This document shows positions 41,245-51,929 of a stretch of DNA of 64,000 bases, in pieces; the stretch's first letter is position 1, and the number at the start of each line of letters is the position of its first letter. The translations under genes and the position numbers were made by a program. A model generated the notes under the pieces. That model worked only from the letters and a program-made list of their open reading frames with translations. It did not search any database and was not told the DNA's origin. Source of the DNA: Candidatus Eremiobacteria bacterium (lineage in GTDB: Bacteria; Vulcanimicrobiota; Vulcanimicrobiia; Vulcanimicrobiales; Vulcanimicrobiaceae); the NCBI GenBank assembly GCA_963737065.1, contig CAVTRC010000001.1, forward strand, positions 864,001 through 928,000. The letters run 5' to 3'.

Positions 41245-42918
41245 ATGAAATTTCAGTTTGTCTCGCGCCTCGTCGCGGCAGTGGTTGCAGCGTCGTTTCT
41301 CGCCGCATGCAGCGGTAATGGCGGGTCTACGCCCAACGTTCCGCCGCCCACGCCCGGCCCCGCGAATCCGGCACTCGGATTCACCGGCCTCGGCGACAGC
41401 CTTACCGCGGGAGAACAATCCGGCGGTGTGTTCGGCGGGTTTGCGCCCGCGGGCACGCCGTCGGTTCCCGATCCGCTTTGCGTTCTTCCCGACTGCGCAT
41501 GGGCGGCGACCGGCATCGGCGTTCCGCCGACGCAAGAAAACGGCTTTTGGTCGCAGATCTGGATGCAAATAAACGGCGCGACGCAAGCGCAATATATTCA
41601 GATCGCTAGCCCGGGTTCGAGCGTATTGCCGCTGATTGCGGGGCCGGGCCTCGGTAATCAAATCGTACCGGCTAGCCCGTCTATTACAAAAGGCCCTCCG
41701 TTTGCAACGTTGCCGGGCCGTAGCAGTTGCGACGCGTTCAATCAGGCCGCGTACTCACCGAAAACCGTTGCATCGACCGTCCGCGAAAATCCGACGACGA
41801 TGGCGCACGACCTCGGCATTCCGGGCATGACGCTTCACGAAGCGATCGCGATGAATCAACCACCGTCGCCGACCTGCGTGCCGTTTCCCGGTGCACCGCC
41901 CACACTTACCGGCTTGCAAGCGCTATTGAGCGAAAGCGGCTCGTACTATCCGGTGCTCACCGGCTTTCCGTTCTCCACGTCGCTGACGCCGTTGAATGCC
42001 GCGGTCTCGTTACGTCCGACACTTACCACGGTGTGGCTCGGTGCGAATGACGTTCTGCACTACGCGTTTAGCGGCGGCGCATTCACAGCGGTTGACGGAG
42101 TCAACGGAAATTCGGCACAAGTGCAGCAAGACATGACGACGATCATCACGACGCTGCAAAAAGCAAAGGCAAACGTCGTCGTTGCCAATCTTCCCGACGT
42201 ATTGGGCACCGCTTTTTACATGAGCGTCGCTCCGTTGCCGAGCGCTGCCTCATGTGCCGCGGGTGGACCTGGGTCGGTTCAGACATTCCTTGCATGCGTG
42301 CTCGTCGAAGCCGGGATTCCGTACGCGAACGCTGACGCGATTCGCGCACAAGTCGCGGCGGCGTACGCGTTGAACCCCGGAAGCGGCAATTCGGCGATCA
42401 ACGGCGGCTACGGGTATGTCACTCTCGCCGGAACCACCACGATCCTCACCGCGATAGGTGCCGGGACCCAACCGAACCTCGATCCCAACGGCAAAGGCTC
42501 CGGACTTGGATCACAGTACGTCACGCCTGCGCTCGCGGCAAACATTCAGACGCTCAACACGACACTCAACACCGGCATTGATGCCGCGGTCAAAGCAACG
42601 GGCGTTGGATTCGTCGACGTTCACAGGCTCTTTACCGACGTTGCGTCGGGTTGCGCCGGCGGTTGCGCGAGCGATCCGCTTGCGCTCCAAGCACTAACGC
42701 TCAATCCCGGCAAGTGCTGCACGCTCGCGTTCGGTGGAGGCCTCCTTAGTTTTGATGGCATTCATCCTTCGAATACGGGATACGCGTTTATAGCTCAGGC
42801 GTTCATTCAAGCGATCGACTCGAAGTACGCGCAGAACATTCCGGCTTTGAACATCCTGGCACAATACTCCGGAAGCGGTGGAACAATTCCGTATCCCGAT
42901 CCGTACGCACAGCACTAG
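41245..42918 (+). CDS. SGNH/GDSL hydrolase lipoprotein
   Basis: Lipobox LAAC; GDSL block I; WLGAND block III; DGIHP block V. Confidence 0.88.
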   Translation: MKFQFVSRLVAAVVAASFLAACSGNGGSTPNVPPPTPGPANPALGFTGLGDSLTAGEQSGGVFGGFAPAGTPSVPDPLCVLPDCAWAATGIGVPPTQENGFWSQIWMQINGATQAQYIQIASPGSSVLPLIAGPGLGNQIVPASPSITKGPPFATLPGRSSCDAFNQAAYSPKTVASTVRENPTTMAHDLGIPGMTLHEAIAMNQPPSPTCVPFPGAPPTLTGLQALLSESGSYYPVLTGFPFSTSLTPLNAAVSLRPTLTTVWLGANDVLHYAFSGGAFTAVDGVNGNSAQVQQDMTTIITTLQKAKANVVVANLPDVLGTAFYMSVAPLPSAASCAAGGPGSVQTFLACVLVEAGIPYANADAIRAQVAAAYALNPGSGNSAINGGYGYVTLAGTTTILTAIGAGTQPNLDPNGKGSGLGSQYVTPALAANIQTLNTTLNTGIDAAVKATGVGFVDVHRLFTDVASGCAGGCASDPLALQALTLNPGKCCTLAFGGGLLSFDGIHPSNTGYAFIAQAFIQAIDSKYAQNIPALNILAQYSGSGGTIPYPDPYAQH

Positions 42919-42927
42919 TCCGCGAAC

Positions 42928-43227
42928 ATGAGCGAAGGCAAGATCGATCCGTACACGTTGGCGCGCGATACGTCGCTTCGAGTGTTCGATATCCGCAAAG
43001 CGCCCGACGATCAGCAGATTCCCGGATCGGAACGCTACGACGGCCGGCGTCTGGAATCGGGCGACGTGCCCTTTGACGAAGATGAGCGCGTCGTATTGTA
43101 TTGCGGCAGCGGCAACTCGTGCAGCCGCATTGCGACGGAGCTGCGCGAGCGAGGCTATGATGCGGTCGCGCTCGACGGTGGATATAAAGCGTGGAAAGAT
43201 GCCGGGCTACCGACGGAACGGCGTTAG
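42928..43227 (+). CDS. Rhodanese-like domain protein
   Basis: FDIR; IPGS; LYCGSG; LDGGYKAW. Confidence 0.85.
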   Translation: MSEGKIDPYTLARDTSLRVFDIRKAPDDQQIPGSERYDGRRLESGDVPFDEDERVVLYCGSGNSCSRIATELRERGYDAVALDGGYKAWKDAGLPTERR

Positions 43228-43245
43228 TCCACCAATCGCGCCGTT

Positions 43246-44739
43246 CTAGGTGTTTTCCGCGAGCGCGATCTCCATGCCCCGGCCGCTGATGACCCGAACT
43301 GCAATTGCGAGAGCGAGCGCCGCAATTCCGGCGTAGGCAACGAGTCCGCCGATCAAACCGGCGCTGAGGTTGTGAAATACGATCGCACCCAGCGCCGCAC
43401 CGCCTACCGCGATTGCGGCCGCGACATACGTAATGAGCGTACGTACGATCAAACCCGGTCCGCGCTGATCGGCTTTCGCCGGTGAAATTGCATAGCCGAG
43501 CATCGCAATCATCCGAAGTCCCGCGGGCACCGTAATCGCGAAAGCCGTACCGACGACGAAGATCGACGGTTGACGCAACAGCAATGAAGCCGTGAGGCAT
43601 CCCGTGACAATTACAAACAGGATCGGCAAGACAGCCGCCGCGATGCACGCGCAGAGATGCGAGAACAGCGAGCCGTCAACCATCCACCAGATCGGCTTTG
43701 AGAGATCCTTCGCCAAGCTCACGCTGCTAAGCATCGTTATGCCGATGACGGCGACCAGCACGAAACTAGCCCCGACGGACGCGACGTGGGGGTGGTGCAC
43801 TACCAAGAACGCCTCGATCGCGCCGAGCGCGGGCCCCAGCACGACGAGCCACACGCCGATGGTTCGTCCGTTGCCGCGGCGCAAATACGCCAGTTGTTTC
43901 CAGATTTCGACGTACGGTCCGCGCAAAAAGCTGCGCCGTGCCGACTTCGATGCACGATTGCGGACGCCGTGACGGGCACCTAGCCGCTCGCGCAGCGATT
44001 CCAGCTTTGCGGCGCGTTCGTAGAGTTCCGGAAAGAAGTCGCGCACGAACGCGCTGCACGCGAGTGCGGCCAGGATCGCGGCGCATAGCGACACCGTAAC
44101 CGTCGCATCGCCGCTCCAGACACGGATGAAGAACAACGAGTACGCGCGGACGCTGTCCGGCGCGACAAAAGCGAGCGCGATTAAGATCACGCCGGCAACG
44201 GCGATCGCGCGGCTAAGCACGCGCGCGGTCGTCCGTGACCGGCGCGCGAGCACATAGGCCGGAATCGCGACGACATCGATAAGCAAAAGAATTGCGGTGA
44301 AATTGATGACGGTGAACGATTGCGGATTGCGCCCGAGATTCACCAACAGAACGCAGACCACCACCACACCGGTCGTAAATTGCTTCGCGATCGAGCCAAG
44401 GTACAGCCAAAGAAAGATGAGCCGTTCGTCGATGTTGGTACGTTCGAGCATCATTGCGCCGGCCGCCGACGTCGTGACCGGCGGCATGCCGAGCTTTACA
44501 ATCGAGAATACGCGCAGGCCGACGAAGAGCAGAATCGCTCCGGCGATGACTGCGGCCAGCTGCTGCGTCAGGAGCGGAAAGAAGTAGGCGTGCGTGCGGC
44601 TTCGCGTCCACATGGTGAAGGTGAACCAGCATAAAAACAACAGCCATGACGTCAGCCGCGACGGCTTTTGGAAGATCCTTCGTATGGTGTTGCGCAGCCG
44701 GAATGTCTCAAGCACAATGAGCGCGCGCGCGCCGCTCAT
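43246..44739 (-). CDS. Putative ABC exporter membrane subunit
   Basis: Many TM segments; overlaps the stop codon of the upstream ABC ATPase. Confidence 0.75.
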   Translation of the reverse strand: MSGARALIVLETFRLRNTIRRIFQKPSRLTSWLLFLCWFTFTMWTRSRTHAYFFPLLTQQLAAVIAGAILLFVGLRVFSIVKLGMPPVTTSAAGAMMLERTNIDERLIFLWLYLGSIAKQFTTGVVVVCVLLVNLGRNPQSFTVINFTAILLLIDVVAIPAYVLARRSRTTARVLSRAIAVAGVILIALAFVAPDSVRAYSLFFIRVWSGDATVTVSLCAAILAALACSAFVRDFFPELYERAAKLESLRERLGARHGVRNRASKSARRSFLRGPYVEIWKQLAYLRRGNGRTIGVWLVVLGPALGAIEAFLVVHHPHVASVGASFVLVAVIGITMLSSVSLAKDLSKPIWWMVDGSLFSHLCACIAAAVLPILFVIVTGCLTASLLLRQPSIFVVGTAFAITVPAGLRMIAMLGYAISPAKADQRGPGLIVRTLITYVAAAIAVGGAALGAIVFHNLSAGLIGGLVAYAGIAALALAIAVRVISGRGMEIALAENT

Positions 44740-45431
44740 GCAGTCACCCGCAAAAATGCACGTTCGAGGTCGCCGTCTTCGCCGGAGAAGGCCTCGATTG
44801 CGCCCTCATAGATCTTGCGGCCTCGCTTCATCACGAGCGCGCGGTCGCTCATGGTACGCGCTGCATCGAGCATGTGCGTGCTGATGACGATCGATATGCC
44901 CTCCGCGCGCAACTCCGCAATGAGATCGCGAAGTTCGTGTTGTCCCGCCGGATCGAGCCCAACCATCGGCTCGTCGAGCATCAGCGCGGGCGGATCGACG
45001 AGCAGCGTCGTCGCAATGAGCGTCTTTTGGCGCATGCCCTTCGAGAGCGAAATTCCGGTCTTGTCGCGCTCGTCCCATAGGTTGAAACGGCGCAGCAGCG
45101 CTTGCGCGCGTTCTTCCCAGCCCGCAGCGAGGTTGCATCCGGCAGCAATAAACGCGAGATGCTCCCATATTGTGAGCAGGTCGTACACTTCGGGTGTTTC
45201 GGGAATGATCGCGATCGTTCGACCGCGGCGCGCGCCGAGCTCACGTCCGTTCCACTCGACGGACCCGGCGTCGGGACGAACGAGACCTGCGACGCAAAGC
45301 AACGTCGTACTTTTTCCGGCACCGTTGGGCCCGAGCAGCGCCAGCGACTCACCGGGGTGCACCTCGAACGAGAGATCGTCAACTGCGACAGTAGAGCCGA
45401 AACGTTTGGTCAGATTGCAAATACGCAGCAC
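44736..45431 (-). CDS. ABC ATP-binding protein
   Basis: GPNGAGKST; LSKGMRQK; LDEPMVGLDP. Confidence 0.92.
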   Translation of the reverse strand: MLRICNLTKRFGSTVAVDDLSFEVHPGESLALLGPNGAGKSTTLLCVAGLVRPDAGSVEWNGRELGARRGRTIAIIPETPEVYDLLTIWEHLAFIAAGCNLAAGWEERAQALLRRFNLWDERDKTGISLSKGMRQKTLIATTLLVDPPALMLDEPMVGLDPAGQHELRDLIAELRAEGISIVISTHMLDAARTMSDRALVMKRGRKIYEGAIEAFSGEDGDLERAFLRVTA

Positions 45432-45520
45432 TCGAACAATATTCGCTGCGGCGTTTCGCCGAAACTGCGGCGCCCGAGGTAGCCCCGCGCGCCTGCCAAA
45501 CGGGTCGCTTTGCCTAAGAC

Positions 45521-46780
45521 TTACGCATAGATGCCGCGGAGTTTCAGCGCCTTCACGACGCGGTCGATCGCGAGCGCGTACGCTGCCGTGCGGAACGAGG
45601 CGTTCCGCGCATTTTTGATCGTACGCAGTTCGTGCAGATTGCTGAGCAGCACGTCTTCGAGGCGCTCGTTAACTTCCGACTCCTTCCAAAAATAGCCCAT
45701 GCGGTCCTGAGCCCACTCGAAATACGACACCGTCACACCGCCGGCGTTCGCCATGATGTCGGGAATCACTACGATGCCGTTCTGTTTGAAAATATGGTCT
45801 GCTTCCGGTGTCGTCGGCCCGTTTGCGCCCTCGACGATGAGCTTCGCCTTGACCTTGGATGCATTCTCGTGCGTGAAAACCTTCTCGAGTGCGGCAGGTA
45901 CGAGCACGTCGCAGGCGGTTGTCAGCAGTTCCGCGTTGCTGATCTTGTCGCCCCCTTTGAAACCTTCGAGGTTGCGATTCTTTTGCGCGTGCTCGATCGC
46001 ACTAAAGACGTCGATGCCTCTGTCGTTGTAGTACGCGCCTGTTACATCAGAGATACCGACGACCTTACAGCCGCGTTCTGCGAACAACTTCGCGGCGTGC
46101 AAGCCCACATTTCCGAATCCTTGAATCACGATGCGCGCCTGCTCGGGCACCATTCGCATCTCGTTCATTTCGTCGAGCGCGCAGATCGTTACACCGCGTC
46201 CCGTCGCTTCAACGCGCCCGCGCGATCCGCCGATTTCAAGCGGCTTGCCCGTGACGACGCCCGGTATGTTTTGACGAACATGCATCGAGTATGTATCCAT
46301 GAACCACGCCATGACTTGCGGGGTCGTGTTGACGTCGGGCGCGGGCACGTCTTTATCCGGCCCGACCACTTCGACGAGTTCCGCTGCGTACCGGCGCGTG
46401 ATGCGTTCGAGTTCGTTTGCCGAGAGCGTGCTCGGGTCGCACGTGACTCCGCCTTTACCGCCGCCGAACGGAAGATCGACCACCGCGCATTTCCATGTCA
46501 TCCAAAACGCGAGCGCGGTAACTTCGTCGAGCGTTACCCCGGGATGATAACGTATGCCGCCCTTCGCGGGACCGCGCGCGAAGTTGTACTGAACGCGGTA
46601 TCCCGTGTACACTTCGAACTCGCCGCTATCGCGCTGAAACGGAATCGAGAAAATAATTTGACGCGAAGGATGTGTCAGGATACGGCGCATCCCGGCATCG
46701 AGTTCGAGCAGGTCGGCGGCCTCGTTAAAATAGGCAATCCCGTCTCCGAAAACCGAGACTTCGCGCACAGCAGTCGTCAT
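45521..46780 (-). CDS. gdhA: Glu/Leu/Phe/Val dehydrogenase (glutamate dehydrogenase)
   Basis: KGGIRYHP; GGGKGG; DVPAPD; GFGNVG; NAGGVTVSYFEW. Confidence 0.93.
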   Translation of the reverse strand: MTTAVREVSVFGDGIAYFNEAADLLELDAGMRRILTHPSRQIIFSIPFQRDSGEFEVYTGYRVQYNFARGPAKGGIRYHPGVTLDEVTALAFWMTWKCAVVDLPFGGGKGGVTCDPSTLSANELERITRRYAAELVEVVGPDKDVPAPDVNTTPQVMAWFMDTYSMHVRQNIPGVVTGKPLEIGGSRGRVEATGRGVTICALDEMNEMRMVPEQARIVIQGFGNVGLHAAKLFAERGCKVVGISDVTGAYYNDRGIDVFSAIEHAQKNRNLEGFKGGDKISNAELLTTACDVLVPAALEKVFTHENASKVKAKLIVEGANGPTTPEADHIFKQNGIVVIPDIMANAGGVTVSYFEWAQDRMGYFWKESEVNERLEDVLLSNLHELRTIKNARNASFRTAAYALAIDRVVKALKLRGIYA

Positions 46781-46936
46781 AGAATGATTTCAGTCCTCCG
46801 GGCGGAGTTCAAACCCTTGAAACTTGGGGATTTCTCGCGCAAACCCTGGCCTGAAAAGTCGCAAAATCCTGAGTTGGCGAGCCAAGCGGCCTGCTATGGC
46901 ACGCGTTTGACGAAACGAACCGGCGCCGACGACGCT

Positions 46937-48031
46937 TCAAACGTTGAAGCGGAAATTTACGACATCGCCTTCTTGCATGACGTACTCCTTGCCTTCGCTC
47001 CGCAGTTTACCCGCGGTACGAAGCGCATCCATCGTCTTGTATTCGACGTAGTCGTCGTACGATACGATCTCGGCACGAATGAACCCGCGCTCGATGTCCG
47101 TGTGAATCTTTCCGGCAGCGTGCGGCGCTTTCGTGCCTTTTTCAATCGTCCACGCACGAACTTCTTTTTCGCCGGCCGTGAGGAATGTCATGAGGCCGAG
47201 CAGGTCGTATGCGCTGAGCGCGAGTTCATCAAGTCCGCTGCGGCTTATTCCGAGTTCCGTGCAGAATTCGCGTGCCTCTTCCGCAGTAAGCCCGGCAAGT
47301 TCCGACTCGATCTTTCCAGACAATACGACGACGGGGCTGTTCTCGCGCGCGGCGACTTCACGAACAACCGTAACGAGCGGGCCCGGATTTCCGATTTGCT
47401 CCTCATCGACGTTCGCAACGTAGAGCAACGGCTTTGCGGTCAGCAAAAACGATTCGCGCGCGGCTTCCGCTTCAAGGGAGTCACGAGCAAACGAACGCGC
47501 CGGTTTGCCTTCTTCGAGCGCGGCGATCACGTTGTTCGCTGCCTCCACGTTCGAGCGTAGCTTCGGATTCGCGCGCGCTTCGCGTTCGAGTTTGTCGAGG
47601 CGCTTCTTCATCGTAGCGAGGTCGGCAAGCGCGAGTTCGATGGAAATGATTTCGATGTCACGCCGCGGTTCGGGCGCTCCTTCGACGTGCGTGACATTGC
47701 TGTCTTCAAAACAGCGAACTACCATCGCAATCGCATCGGTCTCGCGGATGTGGCTCAGAAACGCATTGCCGAGTCCTTGACCTGTGCTTGCCCCGCGAAC
47801 CAAGCCCGCAATATCCACGAAGCGGACGGTCGCCGGAACGATCCGCTGGCCGTTTACCAAGGCTTGAAGCACGTGCAAACGGTCGTCCGGGATCGCGACC
47901 TCGCCAACGTTCGGCTCAATCGTTGCGAAGGGATAGTTTGCTGCGAGCGCTTGCGCTGACCGCGTGAGCGCGTTGAAAATGGTGGACTTGCCGACGTTCG
48001 GCAAGCCGACGATACCGCACGATAAAGCCAT
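46937..48031 (-). CDS. ychF: Redox-regulated ATPase YchF
   Basis: GIVGLPNVGKST; ANYPFATIEPN; DIAGLV; GDVVNFRFNV. Confidence 0.97.
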   Translation of the reverse strand: MALSCGIVGLPNVGKSTIFNALTRSAQALAANYPFATIEPNVGEVAIPDDRLHVLQALVNGQRIVPATVRFVDIAGLVRGASTGQGLGNAFLSHIRETDAIAMVVRCFEDSNVTHVEGAPEPRRDIEIISIELALADLATMKKRLDKLEREARANPKLRSNVEAANNVIAALEEGKPARSFARDSLEAEAARESFLLTAKPLLYVANVDEEQIGNPGPLVTVVREVAARENSPVVVLSGKIESELAGLTAEEAREFCTELGISRSGLDELALSAYDLLGLMTFLTAGEKEVRAWTIEKGTKAPHAAGKIHTDIERGFIRAEIVSYDDYVEYKTMDALRTAGKLRSEGKEYVMQEGDVVNFRFNV

Positions 48032-48108
48032 GGTGAACGGGCCTCGGTTCGGCGGACGGCGGCGGCGACCTGGCAAGAGAAACCGTTGAGCGCGTCGGAT
48101 AGGACTGC

Positions 48109-48585
48109 ATGCGTCAAATGAAGGTCGACAAACTCGGCATCGACCTCTTAACCCACGATCCCGTTGTGATCCTCAAGGACATGGATGGCTCGCACTATCT
48201 TCCGATTCTGATCGGCCCGTTCGAAGCGACGGCGATCGCGCTCGCGCTCGAGGGCGCTCCCGTCCCCCGCCCGCTCTCGCACGATCTCATGCGGAATATC
48301 CTCGAGTCGCTCGACACGTCGCTCGAACAAGTCATCATTCACGACATCAAAGACTCGACGTTCTTCGCAAAACTGATCCTACGGACCGACGGCGACTTAC
48401 AAGAAATCGACGCACGCCCCTCCGATGGCATCGCGCTCGCGCTGCGAATGCAAGCGCCGATCTACGTTTCGGACAAAATTGTCCTCGAAGAATCCACACA
48501 AGAAAAGAAAGCCGTCGACGACACCGAGATCGCCCGCTTCAAGAAATTCCTTGACGACTTAAAACCGAGCGATTTCAATAGGTAG
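48109..48585 (+). CDS. Bifunctional nuclease family protein (DUF151)
   Basis: LPILIGPFEA; RPLSHDL; DARPSDGIALA. Confidence 0.92.
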   Translation: MRQMKVDKLGIDLLTHDPVVILKDMDGSHYLPILIGPFEATAIALALEGAPVPRPLSHDLMRNILESLDTSLEQVIIHDIKDSTFFAKLILRTDGDLQEIDARPSDGIALALRMQAPIYVSDKIVLEESTQEKKAVDDTEIARFKKFLDDLKPSDFNR

Positions 48586-48740
48586 CGCCCCGCGCATGAG
48601 GCTTCGTTTCAGACCGGAAACGATCGTTGCACGCGGTCAATCTTATTTCAAGTGATGTCCGATTCAGCAATGCACGCGCAAACGTCGCGATCAACGATGA
48701 TTTCCGGCGCGTAAGCGTGCAGCGTTGCGGAACTGTGGCG

Positions 48741-50363
48741 CTAAATTTCCCACTCCCAGGCGTTGTACCACGGGGTGGACGTCGGATTGACTTTGTAGTT
48801 TTTTAAATCGGGATTGCGAACGATGATGCGCCGAAGTTCCGAGATCGGCATGTATGCCGCGGTTTCCCACAAGATCTTGTCCGCTTTCGCATAAAGCGGT
48901 GCCCGAACAGCGGGATCATCGCTCTGCAAGCCTTGCGCTTCAAGGCGGTCGTACTCCGGGTTGCAGTAGCGATAGAAGTTCTGTCCTTTCGGATACCACT
49001 GATCGCAGCCGTAGTACACGTGCGAGTCCGGATCCCATGAGAGCGCCGTTCCGTAGATTGCCATATCATACTTGTATGTATCGAGCGGGCCGCTGAAGTC
49101 GAAGATTTGGTTGTACGGATAGCCCTTGATGTGAATCGCGAAGCCCGCCTGCGAGAGCATCTGCTGCATGAGCACGGCCATCCGATTCAAAAGCGCGGAA
49201 CCGGCGATTGTGGCAATCGTGTACTCCAGACGCGCACCGTTTTTCGAGCGTACCCCGTCGCTTCCGCGCCTCCACCCGTCGGCATCGAGTATGGCGTTGG
49301 CCTTGCGAAGATCGAACGGCACCGGATCTTGCTCCGTATATCCGATAGCGGTCGGCGCGATCACGTCTAGCGGCACGTCGCCGACACCCGGCGCAACGTG
49401 ATCGATCAAGCTTTGGCGATCGCTCGCATAGAGAATCGCCTTTCGAACGGTCTCGTCGCTCAGTCCCGGCCTTCCGGTGTTCCAAACAATGACGATTTGG
49501 CCGTTCCATGGCGCCGTGTAGACGGCTTCGTCGGGAATGGACTTGTATTGCCGCATTAGCGGCGGCGTAGGCGAATAAATCATGTCGATCTGATGCGTGC
49601 GCGCTTGCGTCATCATGGTCTGGACGTCGGGCACGAACGTCAACTCGATTCGCTGCAGCTTCGGGCGCCCGCGGAAATAATCGCCGTTGGCAACGAACGT
49701 CATCCGTTCACCGTGTTTCCATTCCTTTAGCTTGAATGGGCCCGTACCCACCGGCACCGACTCAAGCGATCCGTGATTGAAGTCGCGCTCGCGGTCCAGA
49801 ATGTGCGCGGGCAATATTGGTTTGCCGCCTTCCTGAAGCGGCGCAAAGAATTGCGACACAAACGCAGGATACCGCGCCTTCAAATGAACGACCGCCGTAT
49901 ACTGGTCCGGCGTGGAAATCGATACGATTTGATCGTAGCCTTGACGAAAGATCGTGAGATTGCGCGGATTGACAACCGCCTCCCACGATGCGAAGACATC
50001 GTGCGAGGTAAACGGCATGCCGTCATGCCAGCGAACGCCGTGGCGCAGGTGATATGTATACGTGCGGCCGTCCTTCGATATGCCGCCGTTCGCTAGCGAC
50101 GGAACATCGGTCGCGAGATCACCGATAAGCCGTCCGCGATCGTCCGCAACGACGAGATACGAATACACGAGGGAAGAAACGCCGTACGCGATGTCCATTT
50201 CGGAAAGGTACGGATTCAGGTGATCCGGCTCGGCAAGATCGGCAACGCGCAACACGTGCGGGATCGTCCATTGATGTCGCTGTCCGGCGCGCGTTTCCGT
50301 AACGCGCGTACACGCGCTCAGGAAAAGGGCGACCATGCAAACAGCCGCCGATACTCGTCGCAT
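48741..50363 (-). CDS. Peptide/nickel ABC substrate-binding lipoprotein (family 5)
   Basis: Lipobox LSAC; LRHGVRWHDG.PFT; PVGTGPF; no permease genes adjacent. Confidence 0.9.
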   Translation of the reverse strand: MRRVSAAVCMVALFLSACTRVTETRAGQRHQWTIPHVLRVADLAEPDHLNPYLSEMDIAYGVSSLVYSYLVVADDRGRLIGDLATDVPSLANGGISKDGRTYTYHLRHGVRWHDGMPFTSHDVFASWEAVVNPRNLTIFRQGYDQIVSISTPDQYTAVVHLKARYPAFVSQFFAPLQEGGKPILPAHILDRERDFNHGSLESVPVGTGPFKLKEWKHGERMTFVANGDYFRGRPKLQRIELTFVPDVQTMMTQARTHQIDMIYSPTPPLMRQYKSIPDEAVYTAPWNGQIVIVWNTGRPGLSDETVRKAILYASDRQSLIDHVAPGVGDVPLDVIAPTAIGYTEQDPVPFDLRKANAILDADGWRRGSDGVRSKNGARLEYTIATIAGSALLNRMAVLMQQMLSQAGFAIHIKGYPYNQIFDFSGPLDTYKYDMAIYGTALSWDPDSHVYYGCDQWYPKGQNFYRYCNPEYDRLEAQGLQSDDPAVRAPLYAKADKILWETAAYMPISELRRIIVRNPDLKNYKVNPTSTPWYNAWEWEI

Positions 50364-50412
50364 AGATCGCCCTTCGAGGGGACCCGTCGCATACCTCGAA
50401 TGCCGCCCCGCT

Positions 50413-51210
50413 ATGGAAAATGCGGAACGCGCCGACATCGGGGTCTTTGGAGGCTCAGGATTTTATTCGCTCATCGAAAACGCACGTGAAGTGTGGATCG
50501 AAACGCCGTACGGCACGCCGAGCGATCGCATTGCGCTCGGCGAGATCGCAGGGAAGCGCGTCGCGTTTCTTCCGCGTCACGGCAAGGATCATCGCTTTCC
50601 GCCCCAATCTATTAACTATCGCGCGAACCTTTGGGCGATGAAGTCGCTTGGCGTAAAGTTCATCATCGCGCCCAATGCTTGCGGCTCGCTAAAAAAGGAA
50701 GTGAAGCCGGGCTCGATGGTCGTGTGCGACCAGCTCGTCGACCGCACGTCGGGGCGCAAAGACACGTTCTTCGATGGACCGGTCACGACGCACGTCAGCT
50801 TCGCCGACCCGTACTGTCCGACGCTGCGACCAATCGCGATCGAAGCGCTGAAGTCGCTCGGCATTGAAACCCACGAGCACGGCACGGTGGTCGTCATTCA
50901 GGGGCCGCGCTTCTCGACGCGTTCGGAATCGAAGTGGTTTCAAAGCCAAGGCTGGGAAGTAATCAACATGACGCAGTATCCGGAATCGTATCTCGCGCGC
51001 GAACTCGAAATCTGCTTCGTCAACATCTCGCTGATCACCGACTACGACGTCGGAATCGAAGGCATTCCGCCGGTATCTCATCATGACGTCATGGAAGTGT
51101 TCGCGAAGAACAACGAACGCGTGAAGAGTGCGATCGGAACGATCGTCGCAACCATCGACATCAACGCTGATTGTTCATGTCACCACGCGCTGCAGGGAGC
51201 GCGCGCATAG
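50413..51210 (+). CDS. mtnP: S-methyl-5'-thioadenosine phosphorylase
   Basis: GGSG; TPYG; RHG; NYRAN; GPRFST; TDYD. Confidence 0.93.
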   Translation: MENAERADIGVFGGSGFYSLIENAREVWIETPYGTPSDRIALGEIAGKRVAFLPRHGKDHRFPPQSINYRANLWAMKSLGVKFIIAPNACGSLKKEVKPGSMVVCDQLVDRTSGRKDTFFDGPVTTHVSFADPYCPTLRPIAIEALKSLGIETHEHGTVVVIQGPRFSTRSESKWFQSQGWEVINMTQYPESYLARELEICFVNISLITDYDVGIEGIPPVSHHDVMEVFAKNNERVKSAIGTIVATIDINADCSCHHALQGARA

Positions 51211-51212
51211 CC

Positions 51213-51923
51213 ATGCGAGGCGGACGGCAGGGCGTCGACTTGTCGATCTACGGTCGCGCGTTGCCGTATCTCTTTCGCAATCCGTCGATCCTCGCGATGC
51301 CGTTGCTCGCGGCGGTGATCGACATGTTGTTTTCGTACACGGGTCAAGTCACGACCGATGCCCTTGGCGGGCTTGGGAACGGCATCGTCGGGATGATCGT
51401 GCAGATCGTGTATCTATTCGCGTTCGGTGTCGCGATCATTCAAGCGAACAACGTCGCGCGCGGGTATAAAGCGAAGTTCGATGATGCCTGGGATGAGGCG
51501 CGCCGCAAGGCGGGGAGTATCTTCATCGCGGCGATCGGGTTTCAGTTCATCGTTTGGGTCGCCGCATACGCCGGCAGCCTCTTATCGGTCATCCCGCTAC
51601 TTCAGATCGCACTCCAGTTGCTCGCATACTTCTTCTTGATTCTCACAATGCCGGCTGCCGCGATCGGTGGGCTTCCGGGCGGCCTCGCCTTGTCCGGGTC
51701 GTTTCGCGCGGTGCGCGCGAACCCCGTACCGTGTCTCGTGCTCGCGGTGGTGTTCGTTGCATTGTGGATTGGCGTGCCGTTGCTTATCGATATGTACGTT
51801 GGAACGCGATTCGGCTTTTTAGGTTACGAGCTGATCATCGCGGTCGCGCGCGGGATAGTGCTTGCATTGATGGCATTCCCGTTCGCGACAACGTACGACG
51901 ATATCGCGTTCAAGCGGTGGTAG
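51213..51923 (+). CDS. Hypothetical membrane protein
   Basis: About 6 hydrophobic segments; directly follows mtnP. Confidence 0.75.
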   Translation: MRGGRQGVDLSIYGRALPYLFRNPSILAMPLLAAVIDMLFSYTGQVTTDALGGLGNGIVGMIVQIVYLFAFGVAIIQANNVARGYKAKFDDAWDEARRKAGSIFIAAIGFQFIVWVAAYAGSLLSVIPLLQIALQLLAYFFLILTMPAAAIGGLPGGLALSGSFRAVRANPVPCLVLAVVFVALWIGVPLLIDMYVGTRFGFLGYELIIAVARGIVLALMAFPFATTYDDIAFKRW

Positions 51924-51929
51924 AACGGC

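Noticed and set aside
45632..47560. 642-aa plus-strand ORF
   Set aside because: Antisense to gdhA and ychF; no recognisable domain
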